Sequence record: DRR378314_403
Reading direction: 5' to 3' (one strand)
DNA: 32,748 nucleotides
The notes under the pieces are model-generated. The model saw only the letters and a program-made list of their open reading frames with translations. It did not search any database and was not told where the DNA came from. Positions 9,494 to 18,576 of this stretch are shown here, in pieces. A program made the position numbers and the translations under genes. Each line of letters begins with the position of its first letter. Position 1 is the first letter of the stretch.

Positions 9494-11113
9494 ATGAAAA
9501 AGTTCCTTTTAATTGCTACTGCCATTCTAGTTTTTTCTTGCAACACTAAAGAAGAAGTAGACCTTATTGTTACCAATGCCAATATCTACACTGTAGATGA
9601 TGATTTTTCCAAAGCGTCCAGCGTAGCTGTAAAAGACGGAAAATTTGTTGCCGTTGGCGATTCCGAAGAAATTTCTAAAAAATATAATGCACAAGAGCAA
9701 TTGGATGCCGAAGGCAAAACGATTGTTCCCGGCCTTATTGATGCACATTGTCACTTTTATGGCTTGGGCCAGAACCAACAAGTGGTGGATTTGGTAGGTA
9801 CCAAGAGTTTTGATGAAGTAGTGGAGAGGGTAGTGGCCTTTCAAAAAGAGCGTCCATCAGATTTCATTTTAGGGCGAGGCTGGGACCAAAATGATTGGGA
9901 GGTCAAAGAATTTCCGACCAAGGACAAATTGGATGAACTATTTCCCGATACCCCTGTTGCATTGGAGCGCATTGATGGCCATGCTTATCTGGTCAACCAG
10001 AAAGCATTGGATATGGCGGGCATCACCGCCGGTACAGCAACCGAAGGTGGTGAAATCGTCAAGGAAAATGGAGAGATAACTGGAGTTTTGGTCGATAATC
10101 CAATGGGGTTGATCAATATGGTAATGCCACCGGCCAGTTTGGAACAAAAAATACAGGCACTTAAAGATGCTGAGCGGATTTCTTTGGATTATGGGTTGAC
10201 TACGGTTAACGATGCCGGTCTGTCCAGGGATATCATTGAATTGATTGATAGCCTGCAGCAAGCTGATGAATTGTCTATCCGAGTGTATGCCATGGTGTCC
10301 AACTATCCTGAGAATTTGGATTACTTTTTGGACAAAGGCATTATTAAAACAGAAGGGCTTAATGTTCGTTCCGTAAAAGTGTATGGTGATGGTGCTTTGG
10401 GTTCCAGAGGAGCGGCGTTAAGAGCACCCTATTCCGATAAACCTGGACATTTTGGAGCTATGGTGACCCCGGTGGACCAAATTGAGTCTTTGGCACAGCG
10501 AATTGCCGCAACCGACTACCAAATGAATACCCATGCCATTGGAGATTCTGCCAATATTGTGGTGCTTCGAGCATACGAAAAAGCTTTGGAAGGAAAAACC
10601 GACCGCAGATGGAAAGTGGAGCACGCGCAAGTGATTTCGCAATCCGATTTCGATTATTTTGAAAAAGGCATCATTCCGTCCGTTCAGCCTACCCACGCCA
10701 CCAGCGATATGTACTGGGCCGAGGATAGATTGGGCGAAGAGCGTGTTAAGGGTGCTTATGCCTATAAAGACTTGTTGGACAAAGCGGGAATGGTTGCTTT
10801 GGGCACCGATTTTCCTGTGGAGCAGGTCAACCCATTTTTGACCTTTTATGCAGCGGTGGCCCGTAAAGATGTGGAACAATATCCCGAAGGCGGTTTTCAA
10901 ATGGACAATGCCTTGAGCAGGGAAGAAACCTTGAAGGGTATGACTATTTGGGCAGCCTATTCCAATTTTGAGGAAGATGAAAAGGGAAGTATTGAGCCAG
11001 GTAAATTTGCTGATTTCGTTATTCTGAGCGATGATATAATGACTATCCCATCAGAAGAAATTCCAAATCTATCTGCGGAAAACGTTTTCTTGGGTGGTGT
11101 TCAGAAAAAATAA
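9494..11113 (+). CDS. YtcJ-like metal-dependent amidohydrolase (Amidohydro_3), lipoprotein
   Basis: Lipobox LVFSC; PGLIDAHCH, GRGWDQ, KVYGDGALGSRGA, HAIGD, EHAQ, LGTDFPV, GSIEPGKFADFVIL. Confidence 0.9.
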   Translation: MKKFLLIATAILVFSCNTKEEVDLIVTNANIYTVDDDFSKASSVAVKDGKFVAVGDSEEISKKYNAQEQLDAEGKTIVPGLIDAHCHFYGLGQNQQVVDLVGTKSFDEVVERVVAFQKERPSDFILGRGWDQNDWEVKEFPTKDKLDELFPDTPVALERIDGHAYLVNQKALDMAGITAGTATEGGEIVKENGEITGVLVDNPMGLINMVMPPASLEQKIQALKDAERISLDYGLTTVNDAGLSRDIIELIDSLQQADELSIRVYAMVSNYPENLDYFLDKGIIKTEGLNVRSVKVYGDGALGSRGAALRAPYSDKPGHFGAMVTPVDQIESLAQRIAATDYQMNTHAIGDSANIVVLRAYEKALEGKTDRRWKVEHAQVISQSDFDYFEKGIIPSVQPTHATSDMYWAEDRLGEERVKGAYAYKDLLDKAGMVALGTDFPVEQVNPFLTFYAAVARKDVEQYPEGGFQMDNALSREETLKGMTIWAAYSNFEEDEKGSIEPGKFADFVILSDDIMTIPSEEIPNLSAENVFLGGVQKK

Positions 11114-11121
11114 TATTCTTT

Positions 11122-11147
11122 TGTCACGCTGAACAAAGTGAAAACTC
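11122..11147 (+). repeat. Degenerate TGTCA-tipped REP-like repeat
   Basis: TGTCACGCTGAACAAAGTGAAAACTC aligns with the reverse complement of 1692-1728 (TGTCA..CTGAAC...AGTGAA..CTC). Confidence 0.55.
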
Positions 11148-11158
11148 ACCAAAAACAA

Positions 11159-11186
11159 TAAAAAAGCCCCAAAATGGGGCTTTTAT
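11159..11186. terminator. Bidirectional intrinsic terminator between the convergent amidohydrolase and DUF2911 genes
   Basis: AAAAGCCCCA-AAA-TGGGGCTTTT, flanked by A and T tracts. Confidence 0.85.
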
Positions 11187-11206
11187 ACTGTAATAGCTAA
11201 AATTTT

Positions 11207-11740
11207 CTAGTAGCTGATAGGCAAGGTAACTCTTGTAGTTCCCCATCCCATAACCATATTTCCGTCATCATCAAAAGCAATTCCAAAAGCTTCCAATTCT
11301 TCACTGTCACTAGAAGCAGAGGCAGTAGTGCGTACCACATCGGCATCGCTATCGTAAGAATAAGCGCCCCACTGGTGTAGGTTGCTGTTCAAGATTACGG
11401 TCCACTCGTTTTCACCCGGAATGGTAAATAAGGAGTAAGAACCAGCCTTAATGGTTTTACCGCCTACTTTGGCGTCCTTATAAAATGTGATTTCCGTGGC
11501 TTCGTTTGCGCCGGTTCTCCAAACCTTTCCAACAGGGGCAAGTTCTGCCAAACTACGCCCTTTTAGCTGTGGACGACTATAAATGACACGAGCCGCTTTA
11601 TCGGCTTCTCTTGAGCTAGCTGGGTAGTAGGCGATGTCTGCAGGACTCTTGTCAAGTCCGCTAAACTTCTGCGCCGTAGCATCTGTGGTAAAAACCAAGC
11701 TGGTGCAAAGCACTAAAAGTAATAATGTTAATTTCTTCAT
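11207..11740 (-). CDS. DUF2911 family secreted protein
   Basis: Signal peptide; LDKSP, YSRPQLKGR, VWRTGANEAT, AGSYSLFTIP, WGAYSY are typical of DUF2911. Confidence 0.85.
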   Translation of the reverse strand: MKKLTLLLLVLCTSLVFTTDATAQKFSGLDKSPADIAYYPASSREADKAARVIYSRPQLKGRSLAELAPVGKVWRTGANEATEITFYKDAKVGGKTIKAGSYSLFTIPGENEWTVILNSNLHQWGAYSYDSDADVVRTTASASSDSEELEAFGIAFDDDGNMVMGWGTTRVTLPISY

Positions 11741-11922
11741 GATTGTGATTTAAGTTCCTTGTAAAACTAGTTAATTAAATGTTTTTCAAATATACAGACG
11801 TGAAAATTAAAAAATCTTACAATGCGATTGGGATAAAACAATAAAGCGTTTTGTATATTACAATATATGACTAATATAGAATAAAAAGTTTTTAATTGTT
11901 ACTTATAGTTAATTTAGACTTT

Positions 11923-11930
11923 TATATTTG
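11923..11930 (+). promoter_or_regulatory. -7 promoter element for asnB
   Basis: TATATTTG in the AT-rich divergent region, 48 nt upstream of ATG 11979. Confidence 0.55.
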
Positions 11931-11978
11931 AATGTTTAAGTTCATTTTTGTTTTGAAATTGTTATTAAATTAAATGTT

Positions 11979-13649
11979 ATGTGTGGTATTGTTTGCGCAT
12001 TTGATGTAAAAGAAAGTACGGAAGTACTAAGGCCCCAATTGTTGGAGATGTCTAAGAAAGTAAGGCACCGAGGGCCCGATTGGAGTGGTATTTATGCCAA
12101 TGATAAAGCTATTTTGGCTCATGAAAGATTGGCCATTGTGGACCCAGCTTCAGGAAAACAGCCGCTGTTCAGTGCAGATGGTAAATTGGTACTGGCTGCC
12201 AATGGCGAAATATATAATCATCAAGAGTTAAGAAAGCAGTTCGAAGGGAAATATGATTTCCAAACACAATCCGATTGTGAGGTGATTCTAGCCCTATATC
12301 AAGAAAAGGGTGCTCATTTTGTGGATGAAATGAACGGGATATTCGGTTTTGCTATTTATGATTCCGAAAAAGATGAATATTTCATCGCCCGTGACCATAT
12401 GGGGATTATTCCATTATATATCGGCTGGGACAAAAACGGAACCTTTTATGTGGCTTCGGAATTAAAGGCTTTAGAGGGAACCTGTTCCAAAATCCAACTG
12501 TTTCCTCCCGGACATTATATGCACAGCTCCGATGGTGAGTTTGTAAAATGGTACAAGCGGGATTGGATGGAATATGACGCCGTTAAAGAAAACGAAACCA
12601 GCATTCAGAAAATTAAAGATGCTCTGGAAGCTGCCGTACACCGTCAACTAATGTCGGATGTTCCTTATGGAGTATTGCTTTCAGGAGGATTGGATTCTTC
12701 GGTGACTTCCGCAATTGCCAAAAAATACTCCCAAAAAAGAATCGAGTCCGGGGATACAGCCGATGCATGGTGGCCACAATTACACTCTTTTTCTGTGGGT
12801 TTGGAAGGTTCGCCAGACTTGGCGGCCGCCCAAAAGGTAGCGGACCATATCGGTACGGTGCACCACGAGATAAAGTTTACAATTCAAGAAGGTTTGGATG
12901 CCATCAAAGATGTGGTCTATAACTTGGAAACTTATGATGTTACCACCATTAGGGCCTCCACGCCCATGTATCTTATGGCCAGGGTCATCAAATCCATGGG
13001 GATAAAAATGGTGCTTTCAGGTGAAGGTGCAGACGAACTTTTCGGGGGATATTTATATTTCCACAAAGCACCAAGTCCAAAAGATTTCCACGAGGAAACC
13101 GTGAGAAAATTGGATAAACTCCATATGTACGATTGTCTAAGGGCTAACAAATCCTTGGCATCATGGGGGATCGAAGGACGTGTTCCTTTCCTGGACAAGG
13201 AATTTATGGATGTCGCGATGAGCATCAACCCAAAAGATAAGATGATCAATGGAGAGCGGATGGAAAAATGGGTGGTGCGTAAAGCATTTGAGGATTATTT
13301 GCCAGAAAGTGTGGCGTGGAGACAAAAGGAGCAGTTTTCCGATGGAGTAGGATATAGCTGGATAGATACCTTAAAATCCATGGTGGATGAAGAAATTACG
13401 GATGAGCAATTGGAAAATGCCCATTTTAAATTTCCGATACAAACACCAACATCCAAAGAAGAATATTATTATCGTTCCATTTTTGAAAGTCATTTCCCTT
13501 CAGATGCAGCTGCCTTGAGTGTTCCTCAGGAGCCTTCAGTAGCCTGTAGCACCAAGATTGCCTTGGAATGGGATGAAGCCTTTAAGAACATGAACGACCC
13601 ATCGGGCAGGGCCGTGGCCAATGTCCATACCGATGCGTATGTGAAATAA
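11979..13649 (+). CDS. asnB: Glutamine-hydrolysing asparagine synthetase B
   Basis: Ntn nucleophile MCGI, RHRGPD, HERLAIVD, NGEIYN, LLSGGLDSS, SGEGADELFGGY, RVPFLD, WRQKEQFSDG. Confidence 0.97.
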   Translation: MCGIVCAFDVKESTEVLRPQLLEMSKKVRHRGPDWSGIYANDKAILAHERLAIVDPASGKQPLFSADGKLVLAANGEIYNHQELRKQFEGKYDFQTQSDCEVILALYQEKGAHFVDEMNGIFGFAIYDSEKDEYFIARDHMGIIPLYIGWDKNGTFYVASELKALEGTCSKIQLFPPGHYMHSSDGEFVKWYKRDWMEYDAVKENETSIQKIKDALEAAVHRQLMSDVPYGVLLSGGLDSSVTSAIAKKYSQKRIESGDTADAWWPQLHSFSVGLEGSPDLAAAQKVADHIGTVHHEIKFTIQEGLDAIKDVVYNLETYDVTTIRASTPMYLMARVIKSMGIKMVLSGEGADELFGGYLYFHKAPSPKDFHEETVRKLDKLHMYDCLRANKSLASWGIEGRVPFLDKEFMDVAMSINPKDKMINGERMEKWVVRKAFEDYLPESVAWRQKEQFSDGVGYSWIDTLKSMVDEEITDEQLENAHFKFPIQTPTSKEEYYYRSIFESHFPSDAAALSVPQEPSVACSTKIALEWDEAFKNMNDPSGRAVANVHTDAYVK

Positions 13650-13720
13650 CCTTAATTTAAACCAACCAAACGTTATGAAGCAGTAAATCTGAACATTTGT
13701 TTCATTTTTTAATTAGTCCG

Positions 13721-13747
13721 AAAAGCCCCTTATCCAAGGGGCTTTTT
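13721..13747 (+). terminator. Intrinsic terminator of asnB
   Basis: Perfect 11-bp stem AAAAGCCCCTT-ATCC-AAGGGGCTTTT followed by T. Confidence 0.85.
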
Positions 13748-13863
13748 AGTTGTGGGACAAGATCTAAAGGGAAGCTCTTGAAAATAGGCTGTTTTCCACA
13801 GTATTTGTTGATAACTTAAGCTGTTCAACAGGCTCTTAGAGGCCATTTGCCAGGGGTATTGAT

Positions 13864-13871
13864 TATATTTG
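13864..13871 (+). promoter_or_regulatory. -7 promoter element for gyrB
   Basis: TATATTTG 37 nt upstream of ATG 13909. Confidence 0.55.
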
Positions 13872-13908
13872 TAAGATTTGAAATTTTGAGGCAAATACTT
13901 AAAAATAT

Positions 13909-15849
13909 ATGAGCGAAGAAGCTAACAAAAAACAATACTCGGCGGATAGTATCCAGGCCCTTGAGGGCATGGAGCACGTACGTATGAGACCTTCCATGTA
14001 TATTGGGGATGTAGGGGTCCGTGGATTGCACCATTTGGTGTACGAAGTAGTGGACAACTCAATTGATGAGGCCATGGCCGGTCATTGCGATAGGATAGAC
14101 GTAATCATCAACGAGGATAACTCCATAACCACTCAGGATAATGGTAGGGGGATTCCTGTGGACCTTCACAAGAAAGAAGGGGTTTCCGCCTTGGAAGTTG
14201 TTATGACCAAAATCGGTGCCGGTGGTAAGTTCGACAAGGATTCTTATAAGGTTTCCGGTGGATTGCACGGTGTTGGTGTATCGGTTGTTAATGCCCTTTC
14301 TGTACATTTAAAAGCTACGGTTTATAGAGATGGAAAAATTTGGGAGCAGGAATATGAAAGAGGTAAGACCCTCTATCCAGTAAAAAGTGTTGGTGAGAGC
14401 GATGAAACGGGTACCATTGTCACTTTTGTTCCGGACAATTCCATTTTTACACAAACTACAGAATACAGTTATGAAACCCTTTGCAATAGGATGCGTGAGC
14501 TTTCCTATTTGAACAAAGGTGTTACCATAACGATTACCGATAAAAGGAACAAGGACGAAAAAGGAGAGTTTATAGGTGAGACATTCCATTCGGAGGAAGG
14601 TCTTAAGGAATTTATCAAGTTCTTGGATGGAACTCGGGAACCTTTGATCCAAAATGTAATCTCCATGGAAGGAGAAAAGAACGGTATTCCTGTGGAAGTG
14701 GCCATGGTCTACAATACAGGTTATACCGAAAACCTCCATTCCTATGTGAATAACATTAACACACACGAAGGAGGTACCCACCTATCCGGTTTTAGACGGG
14801 GATTGACATCCACGCTAAAGAAATATGCCGATAATTCCGGTATGTTGGATAAATTGAAATTCGAGATATCAGGAGATGATTTTCGTGAAGGATTGACCGC
14901 CATTGTTTCCGTAAAAGTTGCCGAGCCGCAATTCGAAGGGCAGACCAAAACCAAATTGGGTAACCGCGAGGTGACCAGTGCGGTGAGCCAGGCCGTTTCC
15001 GAAATGTTGACCATATATTTAGAGGAGCACCCCGATGATGCCAAGCAGATTGTGGAGAAGGTAAAACTTGCTGCACAGGCCAGGCACGCCGCTGCAAAGG
15101 CTCGTGAAATGGTCCAGCGTAAGAACCCTATGAGTGTTGGTGGATTGCCAGGGAAGCTTTCCGACTGTTCCGAGCAAGACCCCACCAAATGCGAAGTGTT
15201 CTTGGTAGAGGGAGATTCCGCAGGGGGAACTGCTAAGCAGGGCAGGGACAGAAATTTCCAGGCCATACTTCCATTGCGGGGTAAAATCTTGAACGTTGAA
15301 AAAGCTATGCAACACAAGGTTTTTGAAAACGAAGAAATCAAAAATATTTATACCGCCCTTGGTGTTACCATTGGTACCGAAGAGGACAGTAAAGCATTGA
15401 ACTTGGATAAACTTCGCTACCATAAAGTGGTCATCATGTGTGATGCGGATGTCGATGGTAGTCACATTGAAACCTTGATTTTAACGTTTTTCTTCCGATA
15501 TATGCGGGAGTTGATAGAAGGCGGTCACGTATATATTGCCACCCCTCCATTATATTTATTAAAGAAGGGGTCCAAAAAGCGATATGCTTGGAACGACAAA
15601 GAGCGTGATGCAATCAATGCGGAAATGAACGGTGGCGCAAGTATCCAACGATACAAAGGTCTTGGGGAGATGAATGCCGAGCAGCTTTGGGATACGACCA
15701 TGAATCCGGATTTTAGAAAATTGCGTCAGGTAAAAATTGACAATGCAACGGAATCAGACCGAATATTCTCTATGTTAATGGGTGACGAAGTGCCACCAAG
15801 ACGTGAATTTATAGAGAAAAATGCCGTCTATGCGAATATTGATGCATAG
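13909..15849 (+). CDS. gyrB: DNA gyrase subunit B
   Basis: HVRMRPSMYIG, EVVDNSIDE, DNGRGIPVD, SGGLHGVGVS, TOPRIM motifs VEGDSAGG, PLRGKILN and DADVDG, QRYKGLGEMN, C-terminal NIDA. Confidence 0.97.
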   Translation: MSEEANKKQYSADSIQALEGMEHVRMRPSMYIGDVGVRGLHHLVYEVVDNSIDEAMAGHCDRIDVIINEDNSITTQDNGRGIPVDLHKKEGVSALEVVMTKIGAGGKFDKDSYKVSGGLHGVGVSVVNALSVHLKATVYRDGKIWEQEYERGKTLYPVKSVGESDETGTIVTFVPDNSIFTQTTEYSYETLCNRMRELSYLNKGVTITITDKRNKDEKGEFIGETFHSEEGLKEFIKFLDGTREPLIQNVISMEGEKNGIPVEVAMVYNTGYTENLHSYVNNINTHEGGTHLSGFRRGLTSTLKKYADNSGMLDKLKFEISGDDFREGLTAIVSVKVAEPQFEGQTKTKLGNREVTSAVSQAVSEMLTIYLEEHPDDAKQIVEKVKLAAQARHAAAKAREMVQRKNPMSVGGLPGKLSDCSEQDPTKCEVFLVEGDSAGGTAKQGRDRNFQAILPLRGKILNVEKAMQHKVFENEEIKNIYTALGVTIGTEEDSKALNLDKLRYHKVVIMCDADVDGSHIETLILTFFFRYMRELIEGGHVYIATPPLYLLKKGSKKRYAWNDKERDAINAEMNGGASIQRYKGLGEMNAEQLWDTTMNPDFRKLRQVKIDNATESDRIFSMLMGDEVPPRREFIEKNAVYANIDA

Positions 15850-15868
15850 ATTACAGGTGTTTCACAAC

Positions 15869-15898
15869 AAAAACTCGCCCCAAAAGGGCGAGTTTTTT
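15869..15898 (+). terminator. Intrinsic terminator of gyrB
   Basis: AAAAACTCGCCC-CAAAA-GGGCGAGTTTTTT. Its T tract runs into TAGTTTTG (15898-15905), a possible -7 element for the next gene. Confidence 0.85.
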
Positions 15899-15921
15899 AG
15901 TTTTGGTGAAAACCTCATATT

Positions 15922-16929
15922 ATGAAAAAGATAACTTTATTACTGGCATTGATCGCGGTAACCTACGCAAAAGCTCAAGGCTTGAACAGTATTTTGGTGG
16001 CCGGAGTGGAAGATGCAGAACAATTTGCCAATTCCTATTTGGCACCGGTTTCTGAAGCCTCCATTTATGGAATTTCCAATGGATGGTACAATACCGCAGA
16101 TGCCAAACCTTTGGGGGGCTTCGAGATTTCTGTAATTCTAAACTCGACCGGATTCAAAAATAAAGATGATAAAAAGGCATTTTTATTAGATCCTGCGGAT
16201 TATGAAAATTTGGATTTTGTAGAAAATCCCGGACAGGCCAGATTGGTGGCTACTGGATTAGGGGATATTGAAGGAGTGGAAGCTTTTGTTGAAGACGACA
16301 GCGGTCTTTTCCGTGAGGAATTTGAGTTGCCTACCGGTTTATCCGCCGAAGATTTCAACTTTGTCCCCTCAGGATATCTACAGGCTAGTGTAGGATTGGT
16401 AAAAGGTTTGGAAGTAAAGGCTCGTTTCTTGCCTAAGCTCAAATTTGATGATGCCAAAATCGGACTTTTTGGTGCGGGATTGCAATACGATTTCACCAAG
16501 ATGTTGCCAGCGGATAAAATTTTGCCCGTTGCTATTTCTGCGGTAATTGGATATACCAATTTGAACGGTGAATATGATTTTACGGAACTATCAATTATTG
16601 ATGGCAGTGACCAACGCGTAGAGGCATCCTTTAATACATGGAATTTTAGTGCTGTGGTGTCTACCAGAAACATTCCGGTCATCAACTTTTATGGTGGAAT
16701 TGGCTATATCACCGGTAAATCTGACATAGACTTTTTAGGTACATACGAGGCCAACGGACCTTTCTTTTCAGAAACTGTCGTTGATCCTTTTTCGGTTTCT
16801 CAAAATGCAAGTGGAGTTTCTGCAAACTTGGGTACAAAATTGAAACTGGGCTTCTTTAGAATCAATGCAGAATACAACATTTCCGAATTCAGTACCTTTA
16901 CCTTTGGTATCAACTTCGGATTCAGATAG
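15922..16929 (+). CDS. Uncharacterised secreted protein, probable outer-membrane beta-barrel (resembles DUF6588)
   Basis: Signal peptide ending AKA|Q; NGWYNTA, QASVGL, EVKARFLP, FGAGLQYD; amphipathic strands and C-terminal FGINFGFR. The family name is recalled, not searched. Confidence 0.7.
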   Translation: MKKITLLLALIAVTYAKAQGLNSILVAGVEDAEQFANSYLAPVSEASIYGISNGWYNTADAKPLGGFEISVILNSTGFKNKDDKKAFLLDPADYENLDFVENPGQARLVATGLGDIEGVEAFVEDDSGLFREEFELPTGLSAEDFNFVPSGYLQASVGLVKGLEVKARFLPKLKFDDAKIGLFGAGLQYDFTKMLPADKILPVAISAVIGYTNLNGEYDFTELSIIDGSDQRVEASFNTWNFSAVVSTRNIPVINFYGGIGYITGKSDIDFLGTYEANGPFFSETVVDPFSVSQNASGVSANLGTKLKLGFFRINAEYNISEFSTFTFGINFGFR

Positions 16930-16959
16930 TGGAAAAAGACCAAATCAATCAACCAAAAT

Positions 16960-16992
16960 AAAGAAGGCCCCTGTTCTGGGGCCTCCTATTTT
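16960..16992. terminator. Terminator-like hairpin between convergent genes
   Basis: AGGCCCC-TGTTCT-GGGGCCT with an A-rich 5' flank and a TATTTT 3' flank. Confidence 0.65.
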
Positions 16993-17011
16993 CATATATG
17001 TAGTCTTCGGG

Positions 17012-17383
17012 TCATTCCCTGGTGGCGAAGACCGAGCCATTATCCAAGGTCAATATCTCTGGTTCTTTTGCTTCTTCCAAACTAACGGTAATGTCGTTTA
17101 CTTGAGGGTCGCCATACGTAATGGAGTAGGTTCCATTTTCTTGGGACCATTTAAAATCGGTATAAAAAATTAATTCGGAGTTGGAGTATCTCTGGTACCT
17201 ACCAAGGTAAACATCGTTAAAAATCCATTCTTCACGAACGGTACTCGAGCTTTTGCCCTCTATATTGGAAGATTCGGTCTTTGCCCAGATGCCCAGAATG
17301 GGGTCATGGTTTTCGGGTACGCTAGTACAGTTGCTTATGGCAATTATGCCAACAATGGACAACAATGAAAAGAGCTTTTTCAT
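17012..17383 (-). CDS. Hypothetical lipoprotein, lipocalin-like
   Basis: MKK + hydrophobic stretch + ISNC lipobox. ILGIW resembles the lipocalin GxW motif, and the rest is beta-rich. Confidence 0.75.
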   Translation of the reverse strand: MKKLFSLLSIVGIIAISNCTSVPENHDPILGIWAKTESSNIEGKSSSTVREEWIFNDVYLGRYQRYSNSELIFYTDFKWSQENGTYSITYGDPQVNDITVSLEEAKEPEILTLDNGSVFATRE

Positions 17384-17594
17384 AGGTCAAGTAGGTTACG
17401 TTAAATTTGGGATTATTAGAACGTAGGTTGATAGGAAACTATTGCGCAAAAAACATAAAATATTTGTTTTACTGCTCTCGGACTTGTGGAAGCTTGTTTT
17501 TATCTATGGCAAAAAGGACATTAACTTTGTCCATTTATAAGGAATTGGGCCGCTAAAACTGGTAAAACTCAGCTTTTTTCTGCCTTAAATGCAT

Positions 17595-17602
17595 TATTTT
17601 TG
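17595..17602 (+). promoter_or_regulatory. -7 promoter element for mdh
   Basis: TATTTTTG 25 nt upstream of ATG 17628; a second match, TAACTTTG, lies at 17522-17529. Confidence 0.5.
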
Positions 17603-17627
17603 AAGACTAAAATTTAAATCTATACAA

Positions 17628-18554
17628 ATGAAAATTACCGTAGTTGGAGCAGGCGCAGTAGGAGCAAGCTGTGCTGAATACATAGCGATGAAAAATTTTG
17701 CAGCAGAAGTTGTTTTATTGGATATCAAAGAAGGATATGCCGAAGGAAAAGCCATGGATTTGATGCAGACGGCCTCCTTGAACGGATTTGATACCAAAAT
17801 CACGGGTAGCACCAGCGATTATAGTAAAACTGCGGGTAGTGATATCGCAGTGATTACTTCCGGAATACCCCGTAAACCGGGTATGACCCGTGAGGAATTG
17901 ATCGGAATCAATGCTGGAATTGTAAAAACCGTAGCAACGAGTCTAATCGAGCACTCTCCAGATGTAACTATTATCGTAGTGAGCAATCCTATGGATACGA
18001 TGACCTATTTGGTGCACAAGTCCACTGGACTGCCAAAGAACAAAATTATCGGTATGGGAGGTGCATTGGATAGTGCCCGTTTTAAGTATAGATTGGCTCA
18101 AGCCTTGGAAGCACCAATTTCTGATGTGGATGGTATGGTAATCGGGGGACACAGTGATAAAGGAATGGTGCCGCTTATCAACCACGCTACCAGGAATAGC
18201 GTAAAAGTTTCCGAATTCTTGTCCGAAGATAAAATGAATTGGGTAGTGGAAGAAACCAAAGTAGGTGGAGCCACCTTGACAGGCTTGTTGGGAACCAGTG
18301 CTTGGTACGCGCCAGGAGCCGCTGTATCTGGACTGGTACAGGCTATTGCTTGCGACCAAAAGAAAATGTTCCCGTGTTCCACACTTTTGGAAGGTGAGTA
18401 CGATTTGGATGATATTTGTATCGGAGTTCCGGTAATCTTGGGCAAAAACGGAATTGAGAAAATCGTTGAGATTGAATTGTCCGATGCTGAAAAAGCCAAA
18501 ATGCAGGAAAGTGCCGAAGGGGTTAAGAAAACCAACGGCTTGTTGGACGTTTAA
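17628..18554 (+). CDS. mdh: Malate dehydrogenase (LDH-like tetrameric type)
   Basis: GAGAVG Rossmann motif, malate-specific loop PRKPGMTREEL, VSNPMD, LDSARF, GGHSD, SAWYAPG. Confidence 0.96.
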   Translation: MKITVVGAGAVGASCAEYIAMKNFAAEVVLLDIKEGYAEGKAMDLMQTASLNGFDTKITGSTSDYSKTAGSDIAVITSGIPRKPGMTREELIGINAGIVKTVATSLIEHSPDVTIIVVSNPMDTMTYLVHKSTGLPKNKIIGMGGALDSARFKYRLAQALEAPISDVDGMVIGGHSDKGMVPLINHATRNSVKVSEFLSEDKMNWVVEETKVGGATLTGLLGTSAWYAPGAAVSGLVQAIACDQKKMFPCSTLLEGEYDLDDICIGVPVILGKNGIEKIVEIELSDAEKAKMQESAEGVKKTNGLLDV

Positions 18555-18576
18555 AATATAGCAACAATAACCAACT

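Noticed and set aside
11854..11867. TATATT-AC-AATATA palindrome in the DUF2911/asnB divergent region
   Set aside because: Easily produced by chance in such an AT-rich spacer; it cannot be assigned to a regulator such as Lrp/AsnC from sequence alone.
14308..15465. Several antisense ORFs (66-199 aa) within gyrB
   Set aside because: They lie entirely opposite a conserved essential gene and show no protein-like signatures.
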